Shown piece by piece: positions 23,691-38,400 of a stretch of 64,000 bases of DNA (position 1 is the first letter of the stretch; each line of letters begins with the position of its first letter). The position numbers and the translations under genes are program-made. The notes below the pieces were generated by a model. It had not been told where the DNA came from, ran no database searches, and saw only the letters and a program-made list of their open reading frames with translations. The stretch spans positions 3,995,228-4,059,227 of the forward strand of contig NW_003526943.1 of assembly GCF_000181795.1 (NCBI RefSeq), written 5' to 3'. The stretch comes from Trichinella spiralis. Taxonomy: Eukaryota.

Positions 23691-26600
23691 CTTTCTTTTG
23701 CATGATTTTAATTTAAAATTGTAACTAATAATTCATAATAATAATTTAACAATGATTGTTTTATGTGTTGTGTAATGATTTAATAAATAAAATAATGTAA
23801 AAAATTTCATGCGTTCGAAATATTATCCAAAGAAAATTTATTAAATTTTACAAAGAAAAAGCTAAACAATTATCCAAACACAGTTATGAAATATATGTAA
23901 ATATATACATGCATGCAGGTATATTTATACAAACTGGTTGAATGATTGTTGTTTCATAAATCTAGTTTGATTTTACAATTATTTTATAGAATGTGGAAAG
24001 TTTGATTTAACTTTAATAGTGCAATAAAATTAATGAATCTGAAAAAGTGAAAATTAAAAAGTTGAAAATGCATTATTATAATACTTTTTCAATTAATTAA
24101 ATAAAAAGTTATTTTAATTCCAAAAATTGTAATGCAGCTTATCAAAAATGGAAAATAAATATAAATAAATTACAAACACAAATACAATGCAAATTGCAGC
24201 ATTCTAATGCAGCAATATAATTTTTCAACTCTAAAAATAGCATTAAAATGAAGATCCATTTCATTTATGAAATGTCATATGATTCATTATTCATAACTTA
24301 TTGATTAGTTTAGTAAAAACAATAAAAATAATGACTTTTTGCTCAATGGCATCGACAATTTTGATTACTTTTTGACAGGTTTTTTGAGTAATATTTACGT
24401 TAATTACTTGAAAAACGAAGTACAAGTGCAATTTGATTAAGCCATAAAGCTTCAGCAATGCTCATTAAAAAGTGAATGTTTCTCATAAAAAATTTGAACG
24501 TGATTATTGAATTTACGGTAGTCTAGTTTTTGAGATGTTAAATATTTGAAGATTTTTATTCGTTATTGTGATTATATAGTTTACAATTTTTGAGAAAACG
24601 AGATAAATATTTTATGTAATCATTTTTGACAGGTAGTAAATTTTTGTCTGAATTCTTAAATAATGCTTTGTTTTGTGAAAAACTGTGCTCAGCTTTTTGC
24701 TTGCAATTTTAAACTGTTCACTCAATGCAGCTCATGAAAGGAATAAATGAAAATGAATAACATTTTAAATTTACAAATACGTGTATGCTGTGAAGAATTT
24801 CATTCTTCTATAATTTGTTATATGCATGTTATTTTAGTTTTGTTTGATAATGAGGTGTTATGTACACAGGAGTTTTAGTATGATTTTGAACAGGCCGAGA
24901 TTTAGGCTGTGCATTTTTGAAACCTTTACGACTTTGAATTTGGTTAATCCAATACAGCGTTAATGTTGAAAAGTTTTAAGACAGTTGATTTTTCTTTTTT
25001 TTTGTTAAACATAGATTTGCAAACCTTTTCATCGTAACAAATCGACGATAGTTTCAGATTTGAACCAAATTTGAAAAATAATTATTTTAAACTTGAAAAT
25101 CAATCATTCGTTTCTAACGCTCAAATGGATTTTTATTCTTTATGACAGTGGTCAGTTTTGTAAATTTGTCATAGCTATTCACATTTGAAAATATTTGGGA
25201 GTCTGATTTTATTGCAATTTATGATCATTTGAGAAAATTGCAATTGAACATCAAATTTTTATTTTTGCCATCTTCGTCGACTCTGTTACGTTGATTTATA
25301 ATCATTTTCTATTATTGTGTCATAACCTATAAAAAATGTTGTTTATCATTGATAATGTATATAAGTTATTGTCTTAGTATAGTTCTTGAGTTTGAAATAT
25401 GCAGAATATATAGACTGAAACAACTGCTTTTGAACAACTATTAATTTTGTAATACATGAATGAAATCAACGGAAACAATTCACAGATGTTGAAAATGTTG
25501 AGAGAAAAAGTTCGATTTTCTTTTGAAAGTTTCGTTTTTATCTTTCATAATGTAGTTAATTTTTTGGAAAATTGAAAACGAATAAAACGACAATTTGTGA
25601 ATTGGAAATTAATTGAATTTGCCGGATATTGTTTTGCAATGTTCTTTGCTTGACGTTGAAAGCTTTAAGCTAATGAATAAAACAAAAAGAGTAGAATCAA
25701 TAAACGGATTGCAAAGCAACACAACAGTCCAAGTGTAGCCAGCTTTTGAAAAGCCGTCGGGAATTTGTCGTTGTGGTATATAATAAATTTTAATGAAAAT
25801 GCATTCACAAATTTTCGACAATTTCCCTTTTGCAACGAAGCGGGTCAATTTTCTGGACTTGATGACCGGTTGGATGTTCCACTTTATTGTACCATTTCTG
25901 CAACCACTTTTATGCGGCAAAATTGTGAAGCAACAAAATTTGCAGCTTGCACATCACCAACTGTTGAGGTTATTATTATTTTTTTTGCTTTTACTTGCAA
26001 TTGCTTATTATCAATCATCAATTTTGGACAACCTAATTATTTATTTATAATATTTTGTTTTTCTGTTGCTCATTTGATATGCTGAACAAAGTAATGAATA
26101 TCTCATTTAATCAGAATTCAGAATTTTCATTTTGAAAATGAAGAAAAAATTTTTTTAATTTGTTCTGCTAATTGATTAGATTCGATTATTAGGCTGCAGT
26201 CAGTGCTTGTTTGAAGATTTAAAACTGAGCAGAAGAAAAAGAAGATTTATTATTATGTATGTTTGGTTTTGATGATGAGATTTGAAAATGTTGCTGTAAT
26301 TAATAAGTAATTTTCGAAAAAAAATTTGATTGAATTTTTAAAAGGTGAAATAGTTCACAAATAACATCTACTGAAAAGAAGGGGTTGAGAATAGGAGAAG
26401 AATACAAATATTGATTTTGCAAAGCTTCGCTGGACTCTCTCATTTGATGATCATTTATCCAAATGTGCAAACGGATAAATTTATCCGAAACTTTAATTAA
26501 TGAAGGATATGTGTTTGTTCAAGAATCATTCAAATTTATTCTGCTAATTTGAAGCTGAAGGTGAAGAGTTGGATGAATTGGATTTTATTAATTTTCAATC

Positions 26601-27667
26601 AATTTTTGTTGAATTAATTGCAAATTCAGTTTGAACAACTTTTGCAAGATTTGAAAGTTGTGCTGCTGCTGGAAGAACAAACGAAATTGTACTGCTTGAT
26701 TTGAAGATAAATAACAGCTTACAATGTACATATGATCATATTTTTTGTTCAACTTATTACATGTGCAACTACTTTTTTATTCTAAGCTAAATGATTTCAT
26801 TCACTTAGTAACTTTGAAATTTACTCGTTCAATAATTTTATGTAACGTTGATTTTATAACAACACTTGACTGTTTTCTAACTTTCCTTTAATATATATAT
26901 ATATATTGATTTGTTTGTTTGTTTGTTGATTAAATCAATTAATTCATTAATTTTTTAATAGCAACTGAAGAAAAGTTTTCTGAAACCGAAACTTTGTTGT
27001 CAACTGCATGCAAGTTGGTTGATTGGTCTGTTTTATTTTTAGCATTCATATTGTTGTCCATGTTCCATCAACTGACGATGCAAATGTTAAAACTAGTAAT
27101 TTTCAAGCTAACAATAATGTTACTTTTTTAATCCTTGTGAGCATGTAACAAAACGCATATTCTTCCACTGTATGGAAAACATTTGAATGGAATGAATTTA
27201 AGTAAGAAAATAATCAGCGAAATTTTTCATTTTCATCAAAACATCTAATATCTGATTACTTCCAGATATGAAGGGTAGTATTTTTAAAAAAAGAAAAAGA
27301 AACATTTGAAAATTTATCCAATTATTATTATTTTTTCTCTGAAATGTGATAAGTCGGTGTTGGTTGAAAAGCGAATTTGATTGATTTTTTTATTTGTTAC
27401 TTATTATTTTTTCTTTGGCAAAGTGCAAAAAGTGCCATTAAATGTAAATTATTGATCATTCTACTATTGCCAGGTTTATTTACAGGTGTTCTGTGGACAA
27501 TTTTTCTCGTTTCTTGTCATTTTGATAAGAAAATAATTGAAATAATAATCAATTTGAATTGTAGATTGCATTTTGCTTTGCTGTTGTTGATCGAGAAGTT
27601 TTGCCGTCGATAAAGCAAGAAAAAGCTGAAAGCAGCAACGACGACGACAACATTTGGCGAAGTTTGG

Positions 27668-29204
27668 ATGCGCCGTGGGCTGCACAGGCTTTTTCTGCTG
27701 ATTGCCCTGCCCGTCGGCTTGTTGTGCTTTCTCGCATACCAGCTGCTTCTGGACAGTGGTGGAAGCTGTAGGCAGTCGGTGGTTCCGTCGACCCTGAAAA
27801 TTGCTGACAGCTTCTCCAGTTCAACAAGCCAAATTGAACGGAGCAGCACGTTCGGCAACTTCTCCTACGACAACACTCTGCCTTTGATATTCATAGGCGG
27901 ATTTCCCAGGAGCGGTACCACGCTGATCCGTGCCATGCTAGACGCACATCCGGATATTAGGTAATTGTCGTTTTGTTTTTTTTGAAAAACAAATATTATC
28001 AAAGCAGATTAGAAAATTATTTCTATGAAGTGAATGAAATATTTTCCACTTTTCAAAACGCGATGACATTGGCCGATTTGAAGTGGAACGAATGAAAATT
28101 TTTTGAATCAGTTTTAATAAAAATTGCCATTTATTTTCAGTGATATCAATTTTGTCGTTTTTGATCTTGATGTTGATTAATTGAAAATTATCCCAAACGT
28201 GATGCCCATTTTTGACGCAGGTGCGGCGAAGAGACCAGACTGTTGCCTCGGATATTGGGCATGCGGGCTCATTGGAAAAATGAAAAAGTCGAATGGCGCC
28301 GTCTGATAGAAGCCGGTGTCGATGACGAAGTGATCGACGCGGCCGTGTCCGCTTTCATCATGGAGGTGATAGTGAGGCACGGACCGCTGGCGCCACGCCT
28401 CTGCGACAAGGATCCTTTCCTGATGAAATTTGCCGTCTACTTGAGCGAACTGTTTCCCAATGCGAAATTTGTGTTCATGATCCGAGACGGTCGAGCGGCC
28501 GTGCATTCCATGATCACCAGACGAGTGACCATCGGCGGCTTCGACCTCACTGACATCAGACAGTGTTTGTCCAAGTGGAGCCTTTCGGTGGCCCAGATGT
28601 ACAACGAGTGTTACAACATCGGAGCCCGGCGTTGCTTTCCCATGTATTACGAACAATTGGTGTTGAATCCGGAGAAGTGGTTGCGCGAATTGTTGGCTTT
28701 TTTGGAAGTGCCCTGGAGTGATCATGTGCTCAATCATGAAAAATATATTGGACGAGAAATTTCTTTGTCAAAGTAAATTTCATATTCTTTTTCCCCTCAC
28801 CAATGTTTTACTGCTGCTGCTGCTGCTGCTGCTGTTGGTGCTTTTTCTTATAATTTCACTTTTCAAGATCCGAAAGGAGTACTGATCAAGTGATGAAACC
28901 TGTGTATACAAGTTCGTTGGATTCTTGGGTTGGCAAATTTCCGGAAGATATTTTGAAAGACATGCCAAAGATTGCTCCGATGCTTGACTTTTTGGGTTCC
29001 ATTTTTCCTTTTACAATCTTCTCAAGTTGACAAAATTGTGCAACTCTCCTTTTAGGCTACGACCCCAAAGTGTACAAACCTGATTACGGTAAAGCGGGTG
29101 AATTTATTACACGCAAGTTGAACCTTTTCAACGGCACCGAGTCGTTCAAACAATGGTTGAAGAAACTCATTGACGGCATGAGGCCGGCAGCGGTGAAATC
29201 TTGA
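27668..29204 (+). CDS. TPST: Protein-tyrosine sulfotransferase, 4 exons
   Basis: N-terminal type II anchor; [33 protein letters not shown] (5'-PAPS motif), [25 protein letters not shown]. Exons 27668-27960, 28221-28772, 28868-28996 and 29056-29204. Confidence 0.97.
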
Positions 29205-30049
29205 CCACGCAATCTTCTGTTTGCATCGACATTTTCGTTCACACTATTTTTTTACCCTTTTTGAAACATGCAATCCTGTTATTTTGCTAATGAAAGAAAA
29301 AGTTATTAAAAAGTTTAATTTTTATCACAAAAGAAACTTTTCAAATTTAATGTTAAAATTTTTGTAAATTATTAAGAAAATAAGAAAAAACCTAGCGATG
29401 AATAGAAATGACCGCTTGCGTGTTTAATTTCAAAAGCAGGCCAATTGGAAATTTTCAAACAACTGATTGAAAATAATGCCTGCTTTTTTGTATTACTGTA
29501 TCAATTGAAAAATTATCAATAGCATTCAGTCTACTATGCGGGGTGCATTTTTATAAAATTAGATGCCACTGTTGTCGGTTATCGATTTGTGTTGATCCTT
29601 TACCAATATTTTATATATTTGATAAAAGGTGTTTTTGTGAAATTTTATACTCTTAACGAAAAATAAAATTTTTATCATTAAATATTCTGATTTTATTAAA
29701 ATTTCTTATTGTTAATATTAAATTATTATTTTAAAATTAACAAGTAATTATTATAAAGTTAAGTTACAAAAAATTATTAATTTTTTTGTCTGTCTTTTCA
29801 GTTGATTTAGAATTGTTTGATTGTATTCGCAGTGTTTGAAATTGAAATGTTTAAACGTCAGTTGATGAACAGTGCTTAAAAATTGAAAAATACATTTTAA
29901 AGAATTCATTTATATAGAACAGCAGAACAATAGCGGGAAGAATTACTTTCTTTACTTGCCTGAAAATCAAATATACATACAATACTTTTTTTGTTCAGTA
30001 CTTTTGTGTGTGATTGTTACGAAAGTTATCAGTTGGTGAAGTAAGGATT

Positions 30050-31205
30050 ATGTCATCGATGGATAATTTGAAAAACTCTCATATTGTTGGTGGAGAGATC
30101 AAATGCGAGACTTCTCTAGGTCACACCATGGAAGGTGAGGTCGCGGCTTTTGACAGACAACTGAACTACGTTGCTCTCAGTAAGGGTCAGCTGTTGCATA
30201 CATATTCACCGTTATAAATAATTCTTTTTGTTATTCTAGAGACCAACATGGTCAGCGGCAAGTGTTGCATTCAGCTGGTCAATTTGGACAACGTGAAGAA
30301 TGTGAAAGTTTTGAAAGAAGGAACTATGGAATGTGATATGGCAAATCTCCCAACTTTAAACTTTTTGAAGGTTTATTTCTTCGTAGATTGGTTTATTTGA
30401 ATAATTTGGTGGAGAATTTTTTCAATATTGTTATCGTGCATGTTAGTGCATTTTATCAAGCACAAATCTTTCGTAATTGTTAATTTAATCGTGAAAATTT
30501 TTTTCAAAAGTAATTATATAATTCTTCAATTTATGCTTAAATTGCATGCTTCTTCAGATTGAAAAAAGGAAGCAGGAAGAAAAGGAGCGCAAAAGTCGCT
30601 CTATTTGTCCTCCATCGACTTCGATGGATGGTCGTCGACTTTTTATCAGCATCAGGAAAACGTAAACGTTGTTTCATTGAAGTTTACTTTTAATTTGAAT
30701 TTTGTTTGTTTCAGAATTGACGACATCTGCTGGGAAGATGACTGCATATTGATTTTCCAACATGTTATCATAACTCCCCCATATTCGGTTGAAAACATCC
30801 AGTTAAAGAAAAACGATAGCGGTACTAAAGCCCAATCGGCTTTGCAACATGTGAAAAAAATTGTAAGCAAACCTTTGGTTTTTTTTTATATTTTTAAGAA
30901 AAGTATGTTTTCACATTTTTTGATGTTATACCCAGGAAACAGGTTTGAATAAATAAATAAATAAATATATATATATATATATAGCATTGCAAACGGGAAT
31001 GCGAAATGCTTATCATTTTTCAGAATTTATTGTTTGTTGTGTGTGAATTCATTTTTGCATTATTTCTCTATTCTGAAACGTATAATGGTTGTTTTAATAT
31101 TTTTCATTTCAGGTAGATAAATTTTGGCGTACCAAAGAAGCTACTACTTATGATCTCACCAAGAAAGTTTCCACACTTGGCATGCAAGACACGGCATCAA
31201 AATGA
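30050..31205 (+). CDS. LSM12: LSM12 (Sm-like domain plus anticodon-binding domain), 5 exons
   Basis: GEIKCETSLGHTMEGEVAAFD, IQLVNLDNVKNV, LPTLN, GRRLFISIRKT-IDDICWEDDCILIFQHVIITPPYSVEN, ALQHVKKIVDKF; exon phases are consistent. Confidence 0.9.
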
Positions 31206-32446
31206 GTTTGAAGAATTTACACATTGACGTTTATCAGTATTATTGGAGCAGTAATTTGAAAAAAAAGACGTTTTCCTTCGTCAACTAAATGGCGTGCTAA
31301 ATTGAAATAAAACAGTTTGATTTAGTATTGATTTTTTCTCCAAAAGTCTTCAGAATTTAGTTATTAAATAAATGAGCACTCAGGAGGGGATCATTGGTTG
31401 AGCATCTTTCAAATATCCGTTATTATTTATCAAGTAATGCACTGCTCCAAATGGAATAATGACAAATGGCACAGAAAGTGAAAATTAGTGACATTTAGGT
31501 GACTGTTTTAAAATCAAGTGGAATATTTTTTATGATTTGACATTAATTCTTTTAGTACAAGTAAAACGTAAAATATGTTCACATTAAGCAGTATAAATAT
31601 TCTTAGAAATTGATTTTTCTTAAAAGAACAGGCAGTATTTTAAAAAAATAAACAAGGCGGAATCTTCTCTTCCGTTAATCGTCAGTACAAAATTATAAAA
31701 ACAAGTACAGTATAAGAAAAGTAGGTATATTATATGAATCATCAATAAAGTAATTAACAATTTTAAGTTATTTCACCATAAAATGTTTATTATATCCGTG
31801 TGCATTATTATATAAATTTGGATTTACACTGCACATTTAATTTTAGGTGAATTTTTATTTCATTAATTTTGAAATAGTTTTTTCCTCACCACTTTGATTG
31901 ATTGACGACAATTTTTGAAACGAATAATTAATTGACATTGTTTTTCTTTTTTAGATTCTCTATTAATAATCATTTTTGCTTCTTTCGGTGAGAATAAGTG
32001 AAACGAACTTTATTTAACTTTGCAGTCCAGATGTTAATGTCAAATTCAAGTAACATCACTGAAAATTGATAAATAAATACAAATGTTTCGATATGCTTTG
32101 ACTTTTTTTATTTGCATAATAAGCTAATTATAAAATTGACGAAGAAAAAGATCGCCGTTGATATTGATAAACAAACAGACAAATGGATGATACTCACATA
32201 CTTTACATACATATAGGAATAATATAATATGTACATTTGGAAACAGTAAGTGAAATAAATGAATGCGCACCACTGAGGTAGTTGTTGTATGAAAAACTAA
32301 CTGCTCACCACAGTCAGTAGTCGTTTCAATAAAACAAAAACAACAATAAATAACAACAGTAAAACAACAACATTATGAACAGTAACAACTGATTAATAAT
32401 AATAATATAAAAGAATTAATTATCAGTAAACTGAAATGATAAAACA

Positions 32447-35400
32447 CTAGCTTGTAGTTGTGCTATCGCATTTTTTCATTGAACCTTGCGAACTACTAGC
32501 AGGTGGTGGTGAATCAGATGCATCTTCTTCTTCTTCATGTTCTTTTTCAGCGTTTGTCATTACAACATTGTCCTCTTCTTCGTCTTCAAGTTCACAAACT
32601 TGTGACACATCCGACTGAGATCTGTTGTTTACACTTTTTGGTACTAAATTGAAAAAAAATAAAATCAAATACAATAATTTTCATAATTTTCGAATAAAAT
32701 TTAATTTTGCTCACATCTTTTGTCAACATGCTTGTTGCCTTTGAAATAGGATGACATTGAAGAATTGAATTTGTTTGCAGAACTGTTCAGGTGAACAAGC
32801 GGAATCGATTCGACAGATTCACATTCCGAATCCCTGGACAACAACGGCAAATCACTGTAATCGTGTACTGTAGTGTTGAAATTGGTGTTCGTGGTCATGG
32901 TCGTGGTCGTGGTCGTGGTGGTGGTAGACCGTGGCTGCGGAGAGTCGATAAGACGACGACGTTCCGAACCGCTGCTGGGCGGGGTGAACATGGGCAAATA
33001 GCGGCGTATGCACGATTGGGGAGGTTCTTTTTTCAACTGATCCACCTTGTTGATCTCGTCATTCAGAAGACCAATAGCACGAATTTGTTCTCTTGAAATT
33101 TGAAAATAAAATATGATTAATAATAATATATGAAAAATAAACACAAATGGACAGTTTTTTTTCGCAATCCATACCGAATTTCATTGCCCAAACCAATGCC
33201 AACACGTTCGGTTTCATTATTGTCATCATCCGATCCCGAATGAAAAGCATATTCGTAATCAGTGTCTTCCTCTAGACGACAAATGCCTCTTGGCAATGTG
33301 TTCGCCTCGTCATCGTCGTCATCCGTGTTCATGTCAGTAATGTGACCCAACGATGGATAGCCGGTATTTCCAATGGTGTTTGTCCAATCCGAATAATCCC
33401 AATGAAACGCTTAAAAACCAACAAATAATACATACACATATATATATATGCATACTGACAACGACAAAAATGAGAACAGAGCAAAGAATCACTTACAATT
33501 GCCGCTTGCATTGGACGACTTGTTCGACTTGTGAACTTTCGCAGTTGGTCGTGCAGCTGAAGCTGTATTGGAATGGACATCAACATTGATATCATTTTCG
33601 TCTGTTTCACTTTCATCTTTAAAAATGAAGCGAATAAAATATGCATAATAAGAACAACAAACAATCCCAGCACAAGCGAACCTGTAGTAATGCCGGCCAA
33701 CCGTTTCAGTTTGTCCAAAGAATCATTGTCGATGTTGTCGAGTGCAGTTTTCCAGTCATCGTCGGCAGTGTTGAAGCTTCTGGCACCCTTGGCTTCACCC
33801 ATCATCCCTTTGTTGATCGCCTGATCGCCCAACAATTCCAACTCTTCAGCAGCTGAACCATAACTAGCGGCTGCTTGTTCGTGAATCAGCAGTCGCACCG
33901 CCGACGGACTGTCGCCGGCTGGTCGTTCCATGAACGACAATGGTCGAACTTGGACAGTCGGAATGCCCGTGGATAGAGCGGATTCGAAATTGCTCAGCTT
34001 GCTGCCACGATGCGGTTGGAAGCTACGCGGGAACCGGGGTGGAATTGGGGGCGGGGGTTGGGGCGGTGGCTCGTCTCTACCGTGGACTGCTGCGGCAGCA
34101 GTGGCATGGGCGGACCGTCGTCGAGGATGCAGAGGTTGGCGCTGGTCGAGCAGAATTTCCTCGTGACGGGTTCGTTTCACTCGCACCTTGCGGTAGTGCA
34201 GGCGGCGACGTCGGCGACGGCACAGCACGACGACGGTCGAAGCGACCAACGCCAGCAAGACGAGCAAAATCACAATGCCGACAAATTCCATCAAACTGAC
34301 ACCACCGATCAGGTTCGGTGCGTGGAGCAGCGAATCCGAAGGAAGTGAACAAGTTGGGCCAGTCCAACCGGCAGTACAATTGCAAATGAACCTGCTTTCA
34401 TCCCCACTGTTCAGATGGATGTGATCGTTCAACAAGCACTGACCACCGTTGGCGCACGGTGATGATGCGCAAATATCCTCTTCAACTTCTGCGGATGTTT
34501 TCCTTTCTGAACATGTTCTACCTGAAATTTACATATTGAATCAATTTTCACATAATCTCTCCCATATGCGCACAGATGGAATAAACACAACAACAAATAA
34601 TACCGATAAACAATTTGGAACATCGACATTGGAAATCGTTGAACAAATTGATGCACGTTGCACCGTTCTGACAGGGCGACGATAAGCAAGGAGTGCGATC
34701 GATTTCGCAATAAGTGCCGAAATAACGAGCCGGACAAAGGCAAGTGAACCCAAACGAACCTCGACCAACGCAGCTGCCTCCGTTCAGGCAAGGTTGGATT
34801 GAACAAGCCCCGTGAACTTTGCCTTCTTCTACTTCTTGTCTATTATTCATCAAATGAGGAGGGGGATATTGTCGATCGCTTCCATCTTCATCTTGATCAT
34901 CATCATCATCATCAATATCACCGTTGATACAAGCGCCCAACTGGATGTTGCCAAACAGTTCAACGCCGGCGTTGTTGGAGACCTGCTTGACTTCGCCGTT
35001 GATCTCCAGGCCGCGGATACAGCCCAGAAAAGCGTTTTTCACCGACGACCGATTGCCGGCGTCGGTCACTTCAGCACCGACGTACAAATGACTGCCACGG
35101 TTGAAAAAGTTCAACACTGAACTCGAACCGGACAATTGGAGACGATTTTGCTTTTCGTCAACGGTTAACGAGACTTGTCTGTCTCGTTTCACCAAGCGCA
35201 CCACGTGCCAGTGGTCATCTGACAAAACAACACTGTTGCGTACAATTGCCTGACCAGAACCGAAATCAAATCTGTACTGTAGAAAGCCGTTCTTGATCTG
35301 AAAATTGAACCAAGCAAAAAATTGAAATATAATGAAAACAAACAAACGAACGAAGCGTTTCCAAATCCTCCATACCTCAAGCTGGTGAAAATCATTTCGA

Positions 35401-38400
35401 CCTTTCGAAAATAACAATACAGCAAATCGAATCGATGTTTTCACTTCCATTCGCACATCCATATAATAATCGAATGATGAATCCATTGCAAACCAAACAA
35501 AACCATTTCCACCGAATGAAAACAGTAGCTTACCTAAACCAATAACAGTTGATATAATCTCTTAATAAATATCTACAGTAATAATAATACTCACCAGTAC
35601 ATGTAGGGGATCGGCAATTGGATGGATGACAGTTTGAAAGATCATCGTTGTCAAAAGGACACGCACAATGATACCCAGTTACAGTATCGTCCGCAATGCA
35701 TACCATACCAGCTTGACATGGATTGCTCGCACATTTGTCGATCTTTTGATTGCAATAAGTTCCTTTTGAATTGAAAGAATTTCGATTGATGATGATGATT
35801 ATTATTCAAAACAAAAATCATCAAATACATACCACCAAATCCAGCGGGGCACAGACATTCGGCTGTTTGTCGATGCATCGGTGATACAAAACTGAAATCG
35901 TCAGTCAGTAAAGTCACTGGACCAGCATCGTCGATCAAAAGTACATCTCGACATCTGGCTCCATTTTGACAATCAACTCGACCACAAGCCGCCCGCACAA
36001 CCTTCACTCGACCCATGCCGGATACTGACGCCATTTCGCCGGCTTTCCGAACCAAACGATCGCTGACCAACGACGCCTTGTAAAATTCTTGCTTCGACTT
36101 CTGCACCGCCACCAACAAATCGAACATCTGACCACCGCGTACGCTGAGCACGACGTTGTTCTGCTGTCCGATGTCGTCACCGACGGACGGTTGTACACTG
36201 AATATGTGCACGTATTTGACACGCACACCGACGAGTCTAAAAAGTAAAAAGACAAACAAACAAACAAACAAATATATCCATGCGTGTAAAGTGAAAAAAA
36301 AAGAAATCTGTTTCTTACTTGGCCAAAAATCGAGAAAGTCGCTTCAGTGACTGTTGCAAAAAGCGTTGCCCATCTTTGGCAATCACCACCTGCAAAGTCA
36401 CCGCAGAATTGAGCATCTCACGCGAGATGTGGTGCACGTCGATTGTCACTTTGGCAAATGTCGAATATTTCCCATCGTTAATGGAAACGTTCAACAAGTA
36501 CAAGCCGGCAGAAACGAGATCCGCCGACGCCAGCAGACGTCCGTCGTCCGAATCGACGTTGAACGTGTCGTCGCCTCGGTGTTGGACGAGTGCAAATGTC
36601 AACTTGTCCAATGGATCTTGGTCAGTTGGACGCAGTTGACCAATGATTCCGCCGGCAAATTCACCCACGTGGGTCCAAATTTCGCAGTGGAAATCTTCGA
36701 CCGTTGGTCGATGCTTGCTCTCGTCGACTAGACGAATGTCGAACTTGCAAATGGTCGACAGTATCGGTTCACCATTATCGCTAATTTTGACCTTGCGAAA
36801 AGTGGAAAATTTATCGAATATTTTTATTATTCAACGACAAAAATTATCGTTAGTTTTTCTTACTTGAATAGCATAGTGATCGTGGTTTAAAGTCGGCGCC
36901 ACCAACTGCAAAATACCTCGGTCAGGATCAATTCGAAACAACGACGACGACGAAATATTGTCGTTGTCGTCCTGGTCGAGAAGTTGAAAGTGAAATTTCG
37001 ACTGTTGGTCCGACTGGTCAAAATCGTCCACAGTCAACGTGTGCAAAATCATACCGCTGACCAGTGGTCGTTTGACGTGGACTGTGGTCGTGTTGCAGTC
37101 GACCACAGTCGGCGGGTGTTCGTTCACGTCGACCAGGTCGACAGTGACCGTAGTCAGAGCGCTACGACTCGGTTTACCGAAGTCGTAAGCTTCGACTTGA
37201 AATTGCCAACGAGCCGTGCGTTCCCGATCGGTGGAACCGTTGACCAAAATCCAACCGTCATCCATCACTGCGAAAGGCGGCAACGGTTGATTCGATGCGT
37301 CGTTGTCGTCTCGCGATCCGAACAGCCTGTAAGCTACGAGACCGTTGTCGCCACGGTCAAGATCCGTAGCTGACACTTGGAGAACTCGTTCACCGATTGC
37401 CATGTTTTCCCTAATTGCAACGTTGTACTCTTGACGGTCGAATTGTGGTCTGTGATCGTTCACTTCGACCAAATCAACGATCAACAAACTGCTGTTCGAC
37501 AACGGCGGTGATCCTCGATCACGAGCCACAACCGTCAATTGTATTTGCCTTTGGCCGGCAGACAGGCAAGCGACGATCGAATCGTTCACCGTCACCACGC
37601 CAGTTTGAGAATCAATCGCGAAAGGTATTTTCGACTGTGCCAGTAGTGGTGATGGTCTTCTTCCGTCGTTGTTCGACAACAACTGGTAGACAATTTCACC
37701 GTTCAAGCCCACATCTCGACTGAACGCTTTCACCGTAACTACCCGATCGCCGAGTCGAGCATTTTCTGCAATTTCCGCCTTGTAGACGAGTTCCGTAAAT
37801 TCGGGCGCGTTGTCGTTGATATCCAACACGGTCAGTAAAACTGAACACTGAGCACTGAGTGACTTGGCCCCAGTCTCTTGAGCGCAATCTTCGGCTAGTA
37901 CAACAATGCTGTATTCGTGTTGCTGTTCTCGGTCGAGCGGTTCGGTGACTGACAATACACCACTGTTCTCGTCGATACTGAACAAACCGTCCCAGTCGGA
38001 CTGTAGCCTGTAACGTACTCGTCCAGCCGGACCGAAGTCTCTGTCCACCGCGTGCACTTGAACCACAAATGCCGGATAAGTGACGTTCTCGTGTTCCTGG
38101 ACAGACGTCTCGTAGACTGGTCGCTTGAACAGGGGTTCGTTGTCGTTGACGTCGATCACGTTTACCACAAACATCCTTTCGCACAACGGGCACAAATCTT
38201 CATCACTGCGCAAGTAGAACAAATGTCGTCGATTGACAAAAAGTTCTCGATCAATCGGTTCTGCAATAACGATCGCGTTCGAATCGACCGCAAAATGTTT
38301 CGTCCCTTGTAAACGCATCCAACTACCACCACTATTAGTAGTAGTAGTAGTAGTAGCAGTCGAGGTACAATTGTCAGGTAGATTGTAAATCACACTCCCA

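Noticed and set aside
32447..32470. C-terminal PDZ-binding motif on the cadherin
   Set aside because: The protein ends in TTTS, lacking the terminal hydrophobic residue.
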